Assembly: GCF_006345805.1 (NCBI RefSeq)
Contig: NC_042999.1
Location: forward strand, 72,106,001-72,170,000
Direction: 5' to 3'
Length of the DNA: 64,000 nt
Origin: Octopus sinensis
Taxonomy: Eukaryota
Positions 40,552 through 54,140 of the stretch are shown piece by piece. Each line of letters starts with the position of its first letter. The stretch's first letter is position 1. Both the position numbers and the translations under genes were made by a program. The notes under the pieces are model-generated. The model ran no database searches. It saw only the letters and a program-made list of their open reading frames with translations, and was not told where the DNA came from.

Positions 40552-41289
40552 TCCGATGTAATCCATGTTTTTTCCAGGCTTATGCTATTATGCTAATTAA
40601 TAATGTGTCAAATGTGTCAACTAGTGGTGTCGTTGATAATTTTTTTCCTTACCTCAATGATGCCGGTTACATATATTAAAAGTCTCCTTATGAAATTATA
40701 TTCATGAACAAGAATAGAACTATATTATCACACTCATATTTGAGAAACAAACACTTATAACTTTTTTCTTTTAAAACTTCATTGCATGAGATTGATACGA
40801 TGAAATTCCTCGAATTGATCTCTATCATTTAAGCTTACTTAAAATATAGTTTGTTCTTAAAAAATGAAAGTTAATTATACTTAAATCCAATTTTTTTTTC
40901 CTTATTTATATTTTGTCATGATATTTTACCTCACAACTTTTTTTATACAAAATTTTGTTGCATGGAAAAAAAACCATGAAATTCTTCATGCTTTCGTCTA
41001 TCATTTGAAGCTAAGATAAATACGTTTTGCTTTCAAAATATAAAAAAAAGTTATTTAGATCTAAACTTGATTGGTGGTGTTACTTACTTTCCTATAACGG
41101 TACTACAAATTTTGATGTAACCTTCTACTGGTTCAAATCTCATTTGTTTATGCCAAAATGTAGCTAGGGACCAAGCCCCTTCAAAAATGTTAACAGTTTT
41201 CAATTTCGTTAAGAACTGAATTAGTGAGAAGCTCTGAAATGTACTGCGTGTGAGTAAATTGCAGACTTAAGAATATTATTCAACTACTA

Positions 41290-43900
41290 CCGTAGTTGAA
41301 CGCTACGTTTCGACCAAAGATTGGTCCAGGCCATGTTTAACTTAATAGCACCACCTCAAAGGGTGAACTAAATCCGTTTTAAGTCAAGTTTTGTGGTATT
41401 GTGGTTCATTCAAGTTGAGTGAGTTGTATCCAGATATAGGTGGCTTATCCGGTATTCCTTGAATAAATTTATCCAGATTCCGTTTAAAAGTGATGGGATC
41501 CTTTTCGTCTTTGATCTCTTTCGGGACAATATTAAATAAGGCAGGGCCTGTTGATGAAAAGAAATTGTGTTGCAGTGTGTTTAAATGTTGTGATCCTGAA
41601 TTGGGTAGTGAACGTATAGCCTGTGGTCCTAGCCTTGGATGAATTTTGAAGCTAATGCCGAGGACGCTTGTGCAATGCTGGTGGTATATTCTCCACATAG
41701 TGCAAATGATGTATCGCTCATGGTGGCGCTGGAGAGAATAGAGTTTCCTTTAAGGCGGTGCCAATACTCGAGATCAGTCATGCTCTTAATTCTTTTAGTG
41801 AATGATCTCTGGGGTGATTTGATTTTCGAGATGTTTTGTTTTGTATGGGTAGACCCCAGGGGCAGTAGTATTCGAGGTGTGGCCTTACAAAGGAGGAGAA
41901 AAGAGGAATGATGACACTTTGTTCTCTGGACCGGAAGGTTCTTAGGATCCATGAGCTTATCCTACGAGCTATAACGACCTTATTGTTGGTGTGGGCACTT
42001 CATTTGAGTTTGTTATCAACAATTACTCCTAGGTCTCTGATGTTATTAGATGCTATGAGCGGTTCCCCTGAAGGAAGGGAATGTGGCTGTTTTAGCATAA
42101 TATTTCTTCCAAAATGCATCAGATCAAATTTTTCCTCGTTTAGTTGCATTTTGTTTTTGTCTGCCCATTGATTCACAACATGTAGGTCCGATTGGAGCTG
42201 TGTTCAGTCTTCTTCATTGATAATTTTCTGGAGCTTAGCGTCATCAGCGAATATTTTCACTTTGCTGTGTTTTATGACGCTGGAGAGGTCGTTTATATAA
42301 ACTATAAAGAGGAGTGGGTCCAAAACAGTCTCCTGAGGGACACCACTGGTGACTTTTACTGGGCTTGAGTGGACTCCACCGATCACAACATGTGGTGCTC
42401 TGTTCTCCAGAAAATACTCAATCCAGTGTAGAGGTTTTCCACGGATTCCAACATTTGACAATTTTGATAGTAGAATGTTACGGTCAACTCTGTCGAACGC
42501 TTTACTAAAGACAAGACATATGACATCAAAGCACGAAGCTGAACATAAGGCTTTAAGGATATCATTGATGTGATGTAAGAGCTGTGTTAGACAGTCCCTG
42601 TTGCAGCGATTGGATTTCACCACCATCTCAAACAATTTAATGACAAGGGACGTGAGTGAGATTGGGCGATAATTGACTGCGAGGGATCTGTTTCCCTGTT
42701 TAAAAACCGGGATGCCATGCTGAGATAAGAGCTGTTTCGGTATACAACCTGTGTCTAAAGAATTTCTCCAGAGGTTGGTCAGAGGGACTGCAAGTTGGTG
42801 TCTACATTCCTTCAGGAGACTAACGGAGAATCTATCAGGGCCTACAGCAGAACAGTATTTGATCTCATTTATTGCTGCTATGATGTCTGAAGCAATAAAG
42901 GCTATGCCCAGCTTATACTTCGGGAATCGACGTCGTTCACATTCCTCAAGTCAATATCAGTGGGATCACTAAAGACAGAGCATTATTGTTTCTGCAGTAC
43001 TTTTGCTATTTCGTTAGCATCGTATTGGAGAATGCCGTTATCATTGATCAATGGACCAACGGGTGAGACAGCAGCCCTATGCTTAGTTGCATGTGAATAG
43101 AACATGTTTGGCTTCTGTTTGATTTTATTGATTACCCACTGTTCCTCTGCAGCTTTTTTGATTTTCAATGCAGGATTTGATGTTGATCTGCAGATGACGT
43201 TTTTCCAACTCCAGCCTTTTCATTGTTGTTGAATGAGGATGCTACATGTGGGAGTATTTTAATTCGTTGATTTTTTAGAAATTATGTCTTTTGATGAGCC
43301 TGATGAGTGTTCTTTTCTCTCTAGGGAGCCTGTTTTTGTTTGTGCTGGTGGATTTCATAGTAGCGTGTTTTAAGCATGTATAGATGACAATATCCTCAAA
43401 GCGCTGCCATGTGATTTCAATGTCAGTGGAACTGAGAGCAAAGGACCAGTCGATAAAGGACAGATCCTTTCTGATGATTGCTCCCGCGTGTGCTTTGTGT
43501 AAGTTTATGTTGTCAAACAAGTGCAGTAGAGTGGGATTAGCTGGTTTGGTTTTGATATACCGGAAATTAAAATTACAGAGTATCATGTGGTCCAAGAGGA
43601 GAAGTTTTTCAACTGAAATATTGTGGATGGAGCTAGAGTAGTTTGTTAATATTAGCTCAAAGGTCGTTTTATTCTTTTTTGTTGGTTCGAGCACTAGCTG
43701 TCCTCGAACAATTAGATTGAAGAGTAATTCTGCAGCTGATTTGTCTGGTGTGGTGCAGTTGTCTAACTTCTGGGTATGTGTGGGCCAGTTTATATAAGGG
43801 AGGTTAAAATCACCCATCACCAGTATGTTTCCAGAGTTGTGTTTTTCAAGGAGGGCTTGATTTTGTTGAGGTATTCTTCAAAGCACTTTAGAGTTGCTTA
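41290..43900 (-). mobile_element. Degraded CR1-group LINE ORF2 (endonuclease C-terminus, RT, C-terminal domain)
   Basis: MGDFNLPYINW (43275-43820), SKAFDRVD...SGVPQETVLDPLLFIVYINDL...FADDAKL (42204-42635), GPALFN...FKRNLDKFI (41384-41698); many frameshifts. Confidence 0.92.
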
Positions 43901-44578
43901 CAGACAGTGAGTGTGAGTGAGAGAAAGAGAGAAGGGTAGGGTTGGACAGATACATATACATACGTATATACATACATAGACGCTAACAGTTAGACACAGA
44001 GAGAGGGAAAGAGAGGGAGATTGAATTGATTGATTGGTTGAGTGAGTGAGTGAGTGGGTAAACGAGTGAGTGAGTGAGTTAGTGATAAATACCTGATGCC
44101 TGGTGTGCATTTGATCCGTACTGGCCTACACACATATGTATACGATAAATTTTCCTGAATAAATATAAAGTTAATAATGAAGTCCTTACAAATGTTTATA
44201 TTTTACATTTAGCCAGCCAATACTTCTGCAGTATTATTGAATTTATGTGGTAATTTATCAATCACACACGCACACATGCACACACATATTCGCATAGCGG
44301 CGAAGACAGATAAAACATGCATACTTCTCTCTCTTTATCTGTCTATCTAAGTCCCCTCTCAGTTTCTCTCCCACATTTTCTCACTCTCTCTCTCTCTTTC
44401 TCAGATATTCCCTTCTAACTGTCTCTTACATATGCCACCACTCCCCTCCTCGCACTCATTCTTTATTTTACCCTATTCTTTGTTTCTCTATTTTTCGCAT
44501 AAATTCAATCCTTCCTTCCTCCCACCTCTGTTGATTTTCATCTGTCTTGATTCATCTTCTCATATATATATATATATT

Positions 44579-44656
<78 letters not shown>

Positions 44657-44666
44657 TATACGTATA

Positions 44667-44705
<39 letters not shown>

Positions 44706-44859
44706 ACATATATATATATACATATATATATGTATGTATATCTTTATGTATATATATATATATATACATATATAAGATGCATATGCATATATACATACTT
44801 GTATATATGCATGTGTGTGTATGTATATTCATGTATATATGCATATGTGTGTATGTATG

Positions 44860-44899
<40 letters not shown>

Positions 44900-45765
44900 C
44901 ATGTGTGTATGTATGCATATTGTCACTTCCAATGTTTAAATATAGTTCACATATTTTTACATCCAGCATCTTTCTTGATCTCAATATATCTATTTATCGA
45001 TCTGTATAAACACATACATGCATTACAGGCATTTCTGCATATGCCTATATGTGAATCCATATATACTCTATATGCATATATTTTGAGAGAGAGTAGATAT
45101 ATAGGTATACGTGTATACTCACACACGCACACACGCACACAGCATTTATCCAGTTAACTAGGTTTTTATTGATCTACTGTATAATTATTTATCTATCTCT
45201 AGCAATACATTTCTCTGTATTATTTAGATACGTAGCAATCGATATCTCCCTTTTTTCTCCCTCTTTCTATGTATGTACATATACGTATATAAATGAATTA
45301 AATATAAGGATAAAATCTATATAAGATTTTATCAGGTAGCTAGTGTGTAAAACCAATTAAGGTAAAAAATTAATACTAAATATGTAATGTTTTTAAATAT
45401 ATTATTACATTAAGTGTTGTTACTGTTAGTAAAGTTTGACTTTAGCGACCCTTTCCAGCGTATGGCCTATAGTAGCAGCTCTTAATGTAATGATTACCTA
45501 TGTAGATGTATATGCGTGAGTGCATGTGCGTACTGGTGCGTGTGCGAGCAGGTGCGTGTACGTGCGGATGCATATGTGACTTCCATGCGCATATGCACAT
45601 ACCTACAGAATGTAATTTACTTTTGTACATTTTCCCTCAAACTTTCACCGAAAGGCACTGGCGAATCCAAAACTACAGTAGAAAACATGTGGCCAAAGTT
45701 TGACATACTATGAACGGAACCGGAATATGTGTGGATAACTCCTTACACGACTTTGGCTTTCTTTT

Positions 45766-45859
45766 CGCCTACGTTGTGTGTGTTACGCCTACGTTGTGTG
45801 TGTGTTACGCCTACGTTGTGTGTGTGTTACGCCTACGTTGTGTGTGTGTTACGCCTACG

Positions 45860-45870
<11 letters not shown>
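45766..45870 (+). repeat. Minisatellite (GCCTACGTTGTGTGTGTGTTAC, ~22 bp, ~5 copies) decaying into (GT)n
   Basis: Direct inspection. Confidence 0.9.
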
Positions 45871-45911
<41 letters not shown>

Positions 45912-46509
45912 TGTATGTGTGTGTATGTGTGTGTTCGAAATTGCAGCACACACATTGCAACACAAAAACTGCAACACAAAGTAAAGATAATCCTTTCTGC
46001 TATAGGCACAAGGCCAGCAATTTTGTGGGAGTGGCAAACTGGTTATAAAGATCCCAGTGCTCAAGTGGTACTTATTTCATTGATTTGACCTCGGCAGCAT
46101 GTGAAACCACTATGTAAATGTGGACTAAATGCTTAGCGGCATTTTGTCCTCTGTACCAACGATTCTGCTAGCCCGCCGCTTTAGTTATAATAATAATAAG
46201 AGGATGAAGAAAAAAAAGAAGAAGAAGAAGAAGAAGAAGAAGGAGGAGGAGGAGGAGGAAGAAGAAGAAGAAAAGGAGGAGGAGAAGAAGAAGAAGAAGA
46301 AGAAGAATATTTCTTTATTGTCCATAGAGGCTAAACATAGATGGGAGAACAAGGGCAGACAAAGGGATTAAGTCGATTACATCAACCCCTGTGCGTAACT
46401 GGGAATTATTTATTCGACCCCGAAAGGATGAGAACAAAGTCAACCTCGGCGACATTTGAATTCAGGACGTAACGGCAAATAATAATAATAGCAACAACTA
46501 CAACAACAA

Positions 46510-47021
46510 TACCTGGCAGTGGCTCTCATGGCTTCTGATCTTAACTGATTGGAAGTGTTATCAAGTACATTGTTTTGGCTTGTCAGTTGTTTGACCTTAA
46601 CCAGTTGACCGTGTCCCTTAGTTGCTGACGATATGTGCATCTCTGATCATGAACAGAAGTAATGGGGGAGCATCCATCATAGCCGTGTGTTGAAAGGAAT
46701 TCTTAGAGGTTTGGATAATTCACCTTTGGAAACATGAGTGGTTCGTTCAACTTCCTTAAACCATCCTTATTCAGAGACCTTTTGAGCGGGATGGGCTACT
46801 CGACCAGAAGAAAATTCTAACTGGGCTCCACCTGCAAGGTCATGCGCTGTTTATCTTCATATGAGATCACCATGTCGCGCACATGTGCTTGTGATGCATG
46901 TGCCTAGTGTACCCTTATCAGACGGGTAGTCATGATGGGTATACTGGGCTTCGTATATTTTATCCCAGTGTCACTCTGATGGCATACACTGCTCTCTCAC
47001 TCAACAACAATAATAATAATC

Positions 47022-47078
<57 letters not shown>

Positions 47079-47105
47079 TTAATAATAATAACAACAACAA
47101 TAATA
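46510..47105 (+). mobile_element. Interspersed repeat ending in an (AAT)n tail, probably a retroposon 3' end
   Basis: ~490 bp of higher-GC sequence ending CACTGCTCTCTCACTCAA followed by a long AAT/AAC run; family not identified. Confidence 0.45.
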
Positions 47106-48115
47106 ATATCACATTTTGGTATAATGTTGGGGGAGGGTAAGTTGATTACATTGATTCCAGTACTCAACTAGCATTTCTTTTATTGATCTCGCAAAGTCGA
47201 CCTTTGCGGCATTTGAACTCAGAAAGTAAAGACGGACGAAATGCCGCTAATAATTTTGTCCGGCGTGCTAACGATTCTTACACCTCGCCACCTTAGCCAA
47301 AATAAAGATAATACATTGTTTAATATCTTTTCCCTTTTTTTTACCATTCAATTTGAAATAAAGAATGTGGGTGTGTCTCACTTTTTGTTTTCCCGTTCTT
47401 ATTCGTCGATGTCAGAGGTTTACCAGAACGAAAACGGATGATGATACGTTGCGTAAATGGATCTATATGAACATGTTTTTGCTCTTCGACATTGTTTACA
47501 GACTTCCATAGCACTTTGGGATAAATTATCTTTGCTGAAATATTATTGTGGCTCGCTTCGTTATTTACAAAGGGTTAAATCTAAAAAGAAATAACACTTC
47601 AGTTATTAGTAGTTAATTTTTGTATACATTTTCGTGGTGTGGACACTCTGTGTATATGTTATTCGTGATTCAACGCACACAAAAACTTCTCACCTTACCT
47701 TAACATTCCAGACAATATCATTTAATCTCAACACGTATACAACCTTTAGTTATAGCATCTTATGAATCCGCCTACCTATTGTTATAATTTTTATCAGATG
47801 TTCTTCTGTGATGTCGAAAAAAGTAAAATGAAATAATTATTGTTTGAATTTTTACTGTGTTTGTAACTGAACATCTGCAGTAGTTCTGAAACAGCATGAT
47901 AATGTTTATGGTAACGTTAGCTATTGTGTATTTTGATGGTGTTTCTTTGATAACGCTGTTATTGTTAATGGAAATTTGTTGTTTGTATGATCCTAAGTTC
48001 GTACAAACAAACACTCATACACACACTTACACACACGCACGCTCACACACATATACTCATGAATATATACATGTGTGCGTGCTTGTGTGTGTAGATACAT
48101 GGACAGTTAGTTAGC

Positions 48116-48183
<68 letters not shown>

Positions 48184-48305
48184 AAGAATGTATTTTGAAT
48201 AAATGCAGTATGCATATACAGCCACACACACACACACACACAACACACACACACACACACAACACATGTATGTATGCAAACATGCGCACATTATATATAT
48301 ATATA

Positions 48306-48580
48306 TCTTTATATATTTAAAACTGAGAATCTGTTTGTCTGTCTGTCTGTATGTCTGTGTGTTTCCCTAAAACTTGAGAACTACACAACCAATTTCATTC
48401 AAATTTTACACATGCCTTACTTAGGGTCCGGGGAGTGTCATCGGCAAAAGAAATGTTCAACTTCTTGTCTAGAGCGAGCCCATAGCAATATCATATCTTC
48501 TCCACTATTTCAGTATTACGTGTTAAAAGTGAAACAAAAACGTTTGTTCTCTATTTTATGTCAGATACTTTCACTTTAAC
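48306..48580 (+). mobile_element. 5' part of a non-autonomous Helitron-type element, 3' CTAG end not seen
   Basis: A|TCTTTATATATTTAAAA start, (GTCT)n, CCAATTTCATTCAAATTTTACACA block, same architecture as the 5840-6224 element; no hairpin-CTAG|T end before 48843. Confidence 0.6.
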
Positions 48581-48842
48581 AAAAAATAATAATAACAATT
48601 GAATTATATATAGTAAGTAATAATTAAAATCAATAAAGTAACATGAACAAAAGTAAAAATAGCAATTGGTTAAAATTGCATCAATGATTTGAACTTGAAT
48701 AAGTGGTTTCACATAATGGGAATAAATTAAAAATAAAATTAACGTGCAGAAAAGGAATAGTCCAGATGGATAATAAAAAATTAAATTAAAGAAAAGACTA
48801 TTGTCTATAAAGTATACAATGTAGAGAAAAAGGAAATTCGAA

Positions 48843-50601
48843 CAGCGTGTCGGAAATTTACCCACGTGTGTTGTTATCTGTGATTAGACGTTGAAATTTT
48901 GTTGTGTAAAGTGATTAATATCGCGCAAGGCATTTGCCTCCACGTTTGGAAACCTTCTGAAGAAGGTGAATTGACCCTCTAGTCATGGCGACTTACGCGG
49001 GGGTCACGGGAAAGAATAATAATGATTCGGCAATAATCGTGAAGGATGTTTTCTTTGAGAAAAGTAAAATCAAAGAATATGAAAAGCTATTCAAAAGGGA
49101 GGGTGATAGCGTGAAGCTAATCCCCCCCGCGAAGCAAAGGAGGACAAGGAAAACAAAACTGTAACGTATAGAACCCAGGACAAAAGTACAAAGAAACTGG
49201 CAAGAGTGGAGATAGCAGAGATCGAAAAATGTCTGGGAGACATAATGGAAAATCGACCTACGTGAGTAGAGGAAAAAAATTGGTACGGTGGAGGTGAGAT
49301 GTGCAACGGAAGAAATTGCAGCCTCACTGGCTACCACTGTTCTAAGAGCGGAAACATTTATAATGTGGCCCTCATACAAGGGAAGAAGAGGGGTCCGGGT
49401 TAAAATCCCGAATATACCCCCAGAGTAAAAACAGAATGGCTGGCAACAGCTATTCTAGGAGCAGCAGAAGAGGAAGTGGAGGTGGAATCCTTTAAGGAGT
49501 CCAACGCAGTAAATTGGAGAGGATATGGGGTAGAACTGTGTTTGATGGCCACAAAAGAGGACATTGAAAGGTTCCCCTATAGATAGAATCGAAGACGAGA
49601 AAACCCTCAGTGTAATTGTAGAGGAAGAAAGCCAAACGCTACTTGTGCGGGACAAGGGGGCACATTAAAAAAGAGTGCCCGTTATATGAATTCATGGCGG
49701 AGTATGAAAGGAAATGAAGAAAAGAAGAATACGGAAAGGAAAAGAAAACATAGAAAAGGAGACAAAACAACAAGAGAAAGGAAATAATAAGTCAACGAAG
49801 GAAAAAGAAATAAAAAAGAAAGAAAGAAATAACCAAACAAAACAGAGTCAGGAAAAGAAAAAGGAAAAGAACAACAGGAAAAAAACAAGAGAGAGAACAG
49901 AACCAAACGAAAAGAAAAGACGGCACACAAAAAGAAAAAGAAAAGGAACATAAAACACGAGAGAAAGAAGAACAGACAAGAACCAAAAAGACAAGAGAAG
50001 GAAGAAGAAGAGAAAAGAAGGCAAAAAGAGAGAAGAGAGAAAAACAAAGAGAGGAAACAAGGAAGAAATAAGCCCGAAAAGAAAAAAACGAGAAAACGTA
50101 GGACGGAAAAAGATTACTACAAGTTAATAACCTTCCATTCCAGCCCCGAAATGAAGGAATTGACATGTAGTATGGAGGGACATGTGTGGGTCAACAGGAT
50201 GACTGATCAGTGGCAGGAGACTGCTCTGATCCCCGAAGAAAGAGTCGCTGAGTTCCTCAGAGCAGCTGGAGAGAGTGTAATTTTTTACACGGGTGTTCGA
50301 GTGAAAGAGCGGCTGCCTGAGGGCTCAGTGATTGACTTTAGAGACTTGAAAAGTATTATGGAATACGTGTGAGATTGTGAGAGGAGAGAGAAAAAGAAGA
50401 GAAAAGAAAAAAAAAATTGTGAACTATAGTGACGAAAATGTACCTCTCGATTCCGGGGATCGAGTGGGCATTTGCATCTCATTGTAAATTCTTTCATTTG
50501 TCATTTTTATTTTTCCCTTCTTGTCATTTCGCTTTCTTATTTTAAGTTCCCCGATTGTATTGTCCCTCTCTATGTTCGCCCCTTGTGGGTAGTAATAAAA
50601 T
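48843..50601 (+). mobile_element. ORF1-only non-LTR element, family A, unit A1 (1759 bp)
   Basis: Starts CAGCGTGTCGGAAA; ATG 48985, stop 50372; ends GTGGGTAGTAATAAAAT; several homopolymer frameshifts. Confidence 0.9.
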
Positions 50602-52363
50602 CAGCGTGTCGGAAATTTACCCACGTGTGTTGTTATCTGTGATTAGACGTTGAAATTTTGTTGTGTAAAGTGATTAATATCGCGCAAGGCATTTGCCTCC
50701 ACGTTTGGAAACCTTCTGAAGAAGGTGAATTGACCCTCTAGTCATGGCGACTTACGCGGGGGTCACGGGAAAGAATAAATGATTCGGCAATAATCGTGAA
50801 GGATGTTTTCTTTGAGAAAAGTAAAATCAAAGAATATGAAAAGCTATTCAAAAGGGAGGGTGATAGCGTGAAGCTAATCCCCCCCGCGAAAGCAAAGGAG
50901 GACAAGGAAAACAAAACTGTAACGTATAGAACCCAGGACAAAAGTACAAAGAAACTGGCAAGAGTGAGATAGCAGAGATCGAAAAATGTCTGGGAGACAT
51001 AATGGATAAATCGACCTACGTGAGTAGAGGAAAAAATTTGGTACGGTGGAGGTGAGATGTGCAACGGAAGAAATTGCAGCCTCACTGGCTACCACTGTTC
51101 TAAGAGCGGAAACATTTATAATGTGGCCCTCATACAAGGGAAGAAGAGGGGTCCGGGTTAAAATCCCGAATATACCCCCAGAAGTAAAAACAGAATGGCT
51201 GGCAACAGCTATTCTAGGAGCAGCAGAAGAGGAAGTGGAGGTGGAATCCTTTAAGGAGTCCAACGCAGTAAATTGGAGAGGATATGGGGTAGAACTGTGT
51301 TTGATGGCCACAAAAGAGGACATTGAAAGGTTCCCCTATAGAATAGAAATCGAAGACGAGAAAACCCTCAGTGTAATTGTAGAGGGAAGAAAGCCAAACT
51401 GCTACTTGTGCGGGACAAGGGGGCACATTAAAAAAGAGTGCCCGTTATATGAATTCATGGCGGAGTATGAGAAGGAAAATGAAGAAAGAAGAATGGGAAA
51501 TGAAAAAGAAAACATAGAAAAGAGACAAAACAACAAGAGAAAGGAAATAATAAGTCAACGAAGGAAAAAGAAATAAAAGAAAAGAAAGAAATAGAACCAA
51601 AACAGAGTCAGGAAAAGAAAAAGGAAAAGAAACAACAGGAAAAAAACAAGAGAGAGAACAGAACCAAACGAAAAGAAAAGACGGCACACAAAAAGAAAAA
51701 GAAAAGGAACATAAAACACGAGAGAAAGAGAGAACAGACAAAGAACCAAAAAGACAAGAGAAGAGAAGAAAGAAAAGAAGGCAAAAAGAGAGAAAGAGAG
51801 AAACAAAGAGAGGAGAACAAGGAAGAAATAAGCCCGAAAAGAAAAACGAGAGAAAACGTAGGACGGAAACAAGATTACTACAAGTTAATAACCTTCCATT
51901 CCAGCCCCGAAATGAAGGAATTGACATGTAGTATGGAGGGACATGTGTGGGTCAACAGGATGACTGATCAGTGGCAGGAGACTGCTCTGATCCCCGAAGA
52001 AAGAGTCGCTGAGTTCCTCAGAGCAGCTGGAGAGAGTGTAATTTTTTACACGGGTGTTCGAGTGAAAGAGCGGCTGCCTGAGGGCTCAGTGATTGACTTT
52101 AGAGACTTGAAAAGTATTATGGAATACGTGTGAGATTGTGAGAGGAGAGAGAAAAAAGAAAAAAAAAATTGTGAACTATAGGTGACGAAAATGTAACCTC
52201 TCGATTCCGGGGATCGAGTGGGCATTTGCATCTCATTGTAAATATTCTTTCATTTGTCATTTTTATTTTTATTTTTTCCCTTCTTGTCATTTCGCTTTCT
52301 TATTTTAAGTTCCCCGATTGTATTGTCCCCTCTATGTTCGCCCCTTGTGGGTAGTAATAAAAT
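50602..52363 (+). mobile_element. Family A unit A2 (1762 bp)
   Basis: Same termini; ATG 50744, stop 52133. Confidence 0.9.
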
Positions 52364-54140
52364 CACGTGTCGGAAATTTACCCACGTGTGTTGTTATCTG
52401 TGATTAGACGTTGAAATTTTGTTGTGTAAAGTGATTAATATCGCGCAAGGCATTTGCCTCCACGTTTGGAAACCTTCTGAAGAAGGTGAATTGACCCTCT
52501 AGTCATGGCGACTTACGCGGGGGTCACGGGAAAGAATAATAATGATTCGGCAATAATCGTGAAGGATGTTTTCTTTGAGAAAAGTAAAATCAAAGAATAT
52601 GAAAAGCTATTCAAAAGGGAGGGTGATAGCGTGAAGCTAATCCCCCCCGCGAAAGCAAAGGAGGACAAGGAAAACAAAACTGTAACGTATAGAACCCAGG
52701 ACAAAAGTACAAAGAAACTGGCAAGAGTGGAGATAGCAGAGATCGAAAAATGTCTGGGAGACATAATGGAAAATCGACCTACGTGAGTAGAGGAAAAAAA
52801 TTTGGTACGGTGGAGGTGAGATGTGCAACGGAAGAAATTGCAGCCTCACTGGCTACCACTGTTCTAAGAGCGGAAACATTTATAATGTGGCCCTCATACA
52901 AGGGAAGAAGAGGGGTCCGGGTTAAAATCCCGAATATACCCCCAGAAGTAAAAACAGAATGGCTGGCAACAGCTATTCTAGGAGCAGCAGAAGAGGAAGT
53001 GGAGGTGGAATCCTTTAAGGAGTCCAACGCAGTAAATTGGAGAGATATGGGGTAGAACTGTGTTTGATGGCCACAAAAGAGGACATTGAAAGGTTCCCCT
53101 ATAGAATAGAAATCGAAGACGAGAAAACCCTCAGTGTAATTGTAGAGGGAAGAAAGCCAAACTGCTACTTGTGCGGGACAAGGGGGCACATTAAAAAAAG
53201 TGCCCGTTATATGAATTCATGGCGGAGTATGAGAAGGAAAATGAAGAAAGAAGAATACGGGAAATGAAAAAGAAAACATAGAAAAGGAGACAAAACAACA
53301 AGAGAAAGGAAATAATAAGTCAACGAAGGAAAAAGAAATAAAAGAAAAGAAAGAAATAGAACCAAAACAGAGTCAGGAAAAGAAAAAGGAAAAAGAACAA
53401 CAGGAAAAAAACAAGAGAGAGAACAGAACCAAACGAAAAGAAAAGACGGCACACAAAGAAAAAGAAAAGGAACATAAAACACGAGAGAAAGAGAGAACAG
53501 ACAAAGAACCAAAAAGACAAGAGAAGGAAGAAGAAAGAAAAGAAGGCAAAAAGAGAGAAAGAGAGAAACAAAGAGAGGAGAACAAGGAAGAAATAAGCCC
53601 GAAAAGAAAAACGAGAGAAAACGTAGGACGGAAACAAGATTACTACAAGTTAATAACCTTCCATTCCAGCCCCGAAATGAAGGAATTGACATGTAGTATG
53701 GAGGGACATGTGTGGGTCAACAGGATGACTGATCAGTGGCAGGAGACTGCTCTGATCCCCGAAGAAAGAGTCGCTGAGTTCCTCAGAGCAGCTGGAGAGA
53801 GTGTAATTTTTTACACGGGTGTTCGAGTGAAAGAGCGGCTGCCTGAGGGCTCAGTGATTGACTTTAGAGACTTGAAAAGTATTATGGAATACGTGTGAGA
53901 TTGTGAGAGGAGAGAGAAGAAAGAAGAGAAAAAAGAAAAAAAAAATTGTGAACTATAGTGACGAAAATGTAACCTCTCGATTCCGGGGATCGAGTGGGCA
54001 TTTGCATCTCATTGTAAATATTCTTTCATTTGTCATTTTTATTTTTATTTTTCCCTTCTTGTCATTTCGCTTTTATTTTATTTAAGTTCCCCGATTGTAT
54101 TGTCCCCTCTATGTTCGCCCCTTGTGGGTAGTAATAAAAT
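52364..54140 (+). mobile_element. Family A unit A3 (1777 bp)
   Basis: Same termini (5' motif lacks one G); ATG 52505, stop 53898. Confidence 0.9.

Noticed and set aside
45766-45870. CRISPR-like repeat array
   Set aside because: No unique spacers; a minisatellite in eukaryotic DNA with no cas genes.
48826-48856. tRNA T-arm as the array's target (minus strand GCTGTTCGAATTTCC)
   Set aside because: The GTTCGAAT loop is present but the flanks do not form a T-stem, and no other tRNA arms are visible.
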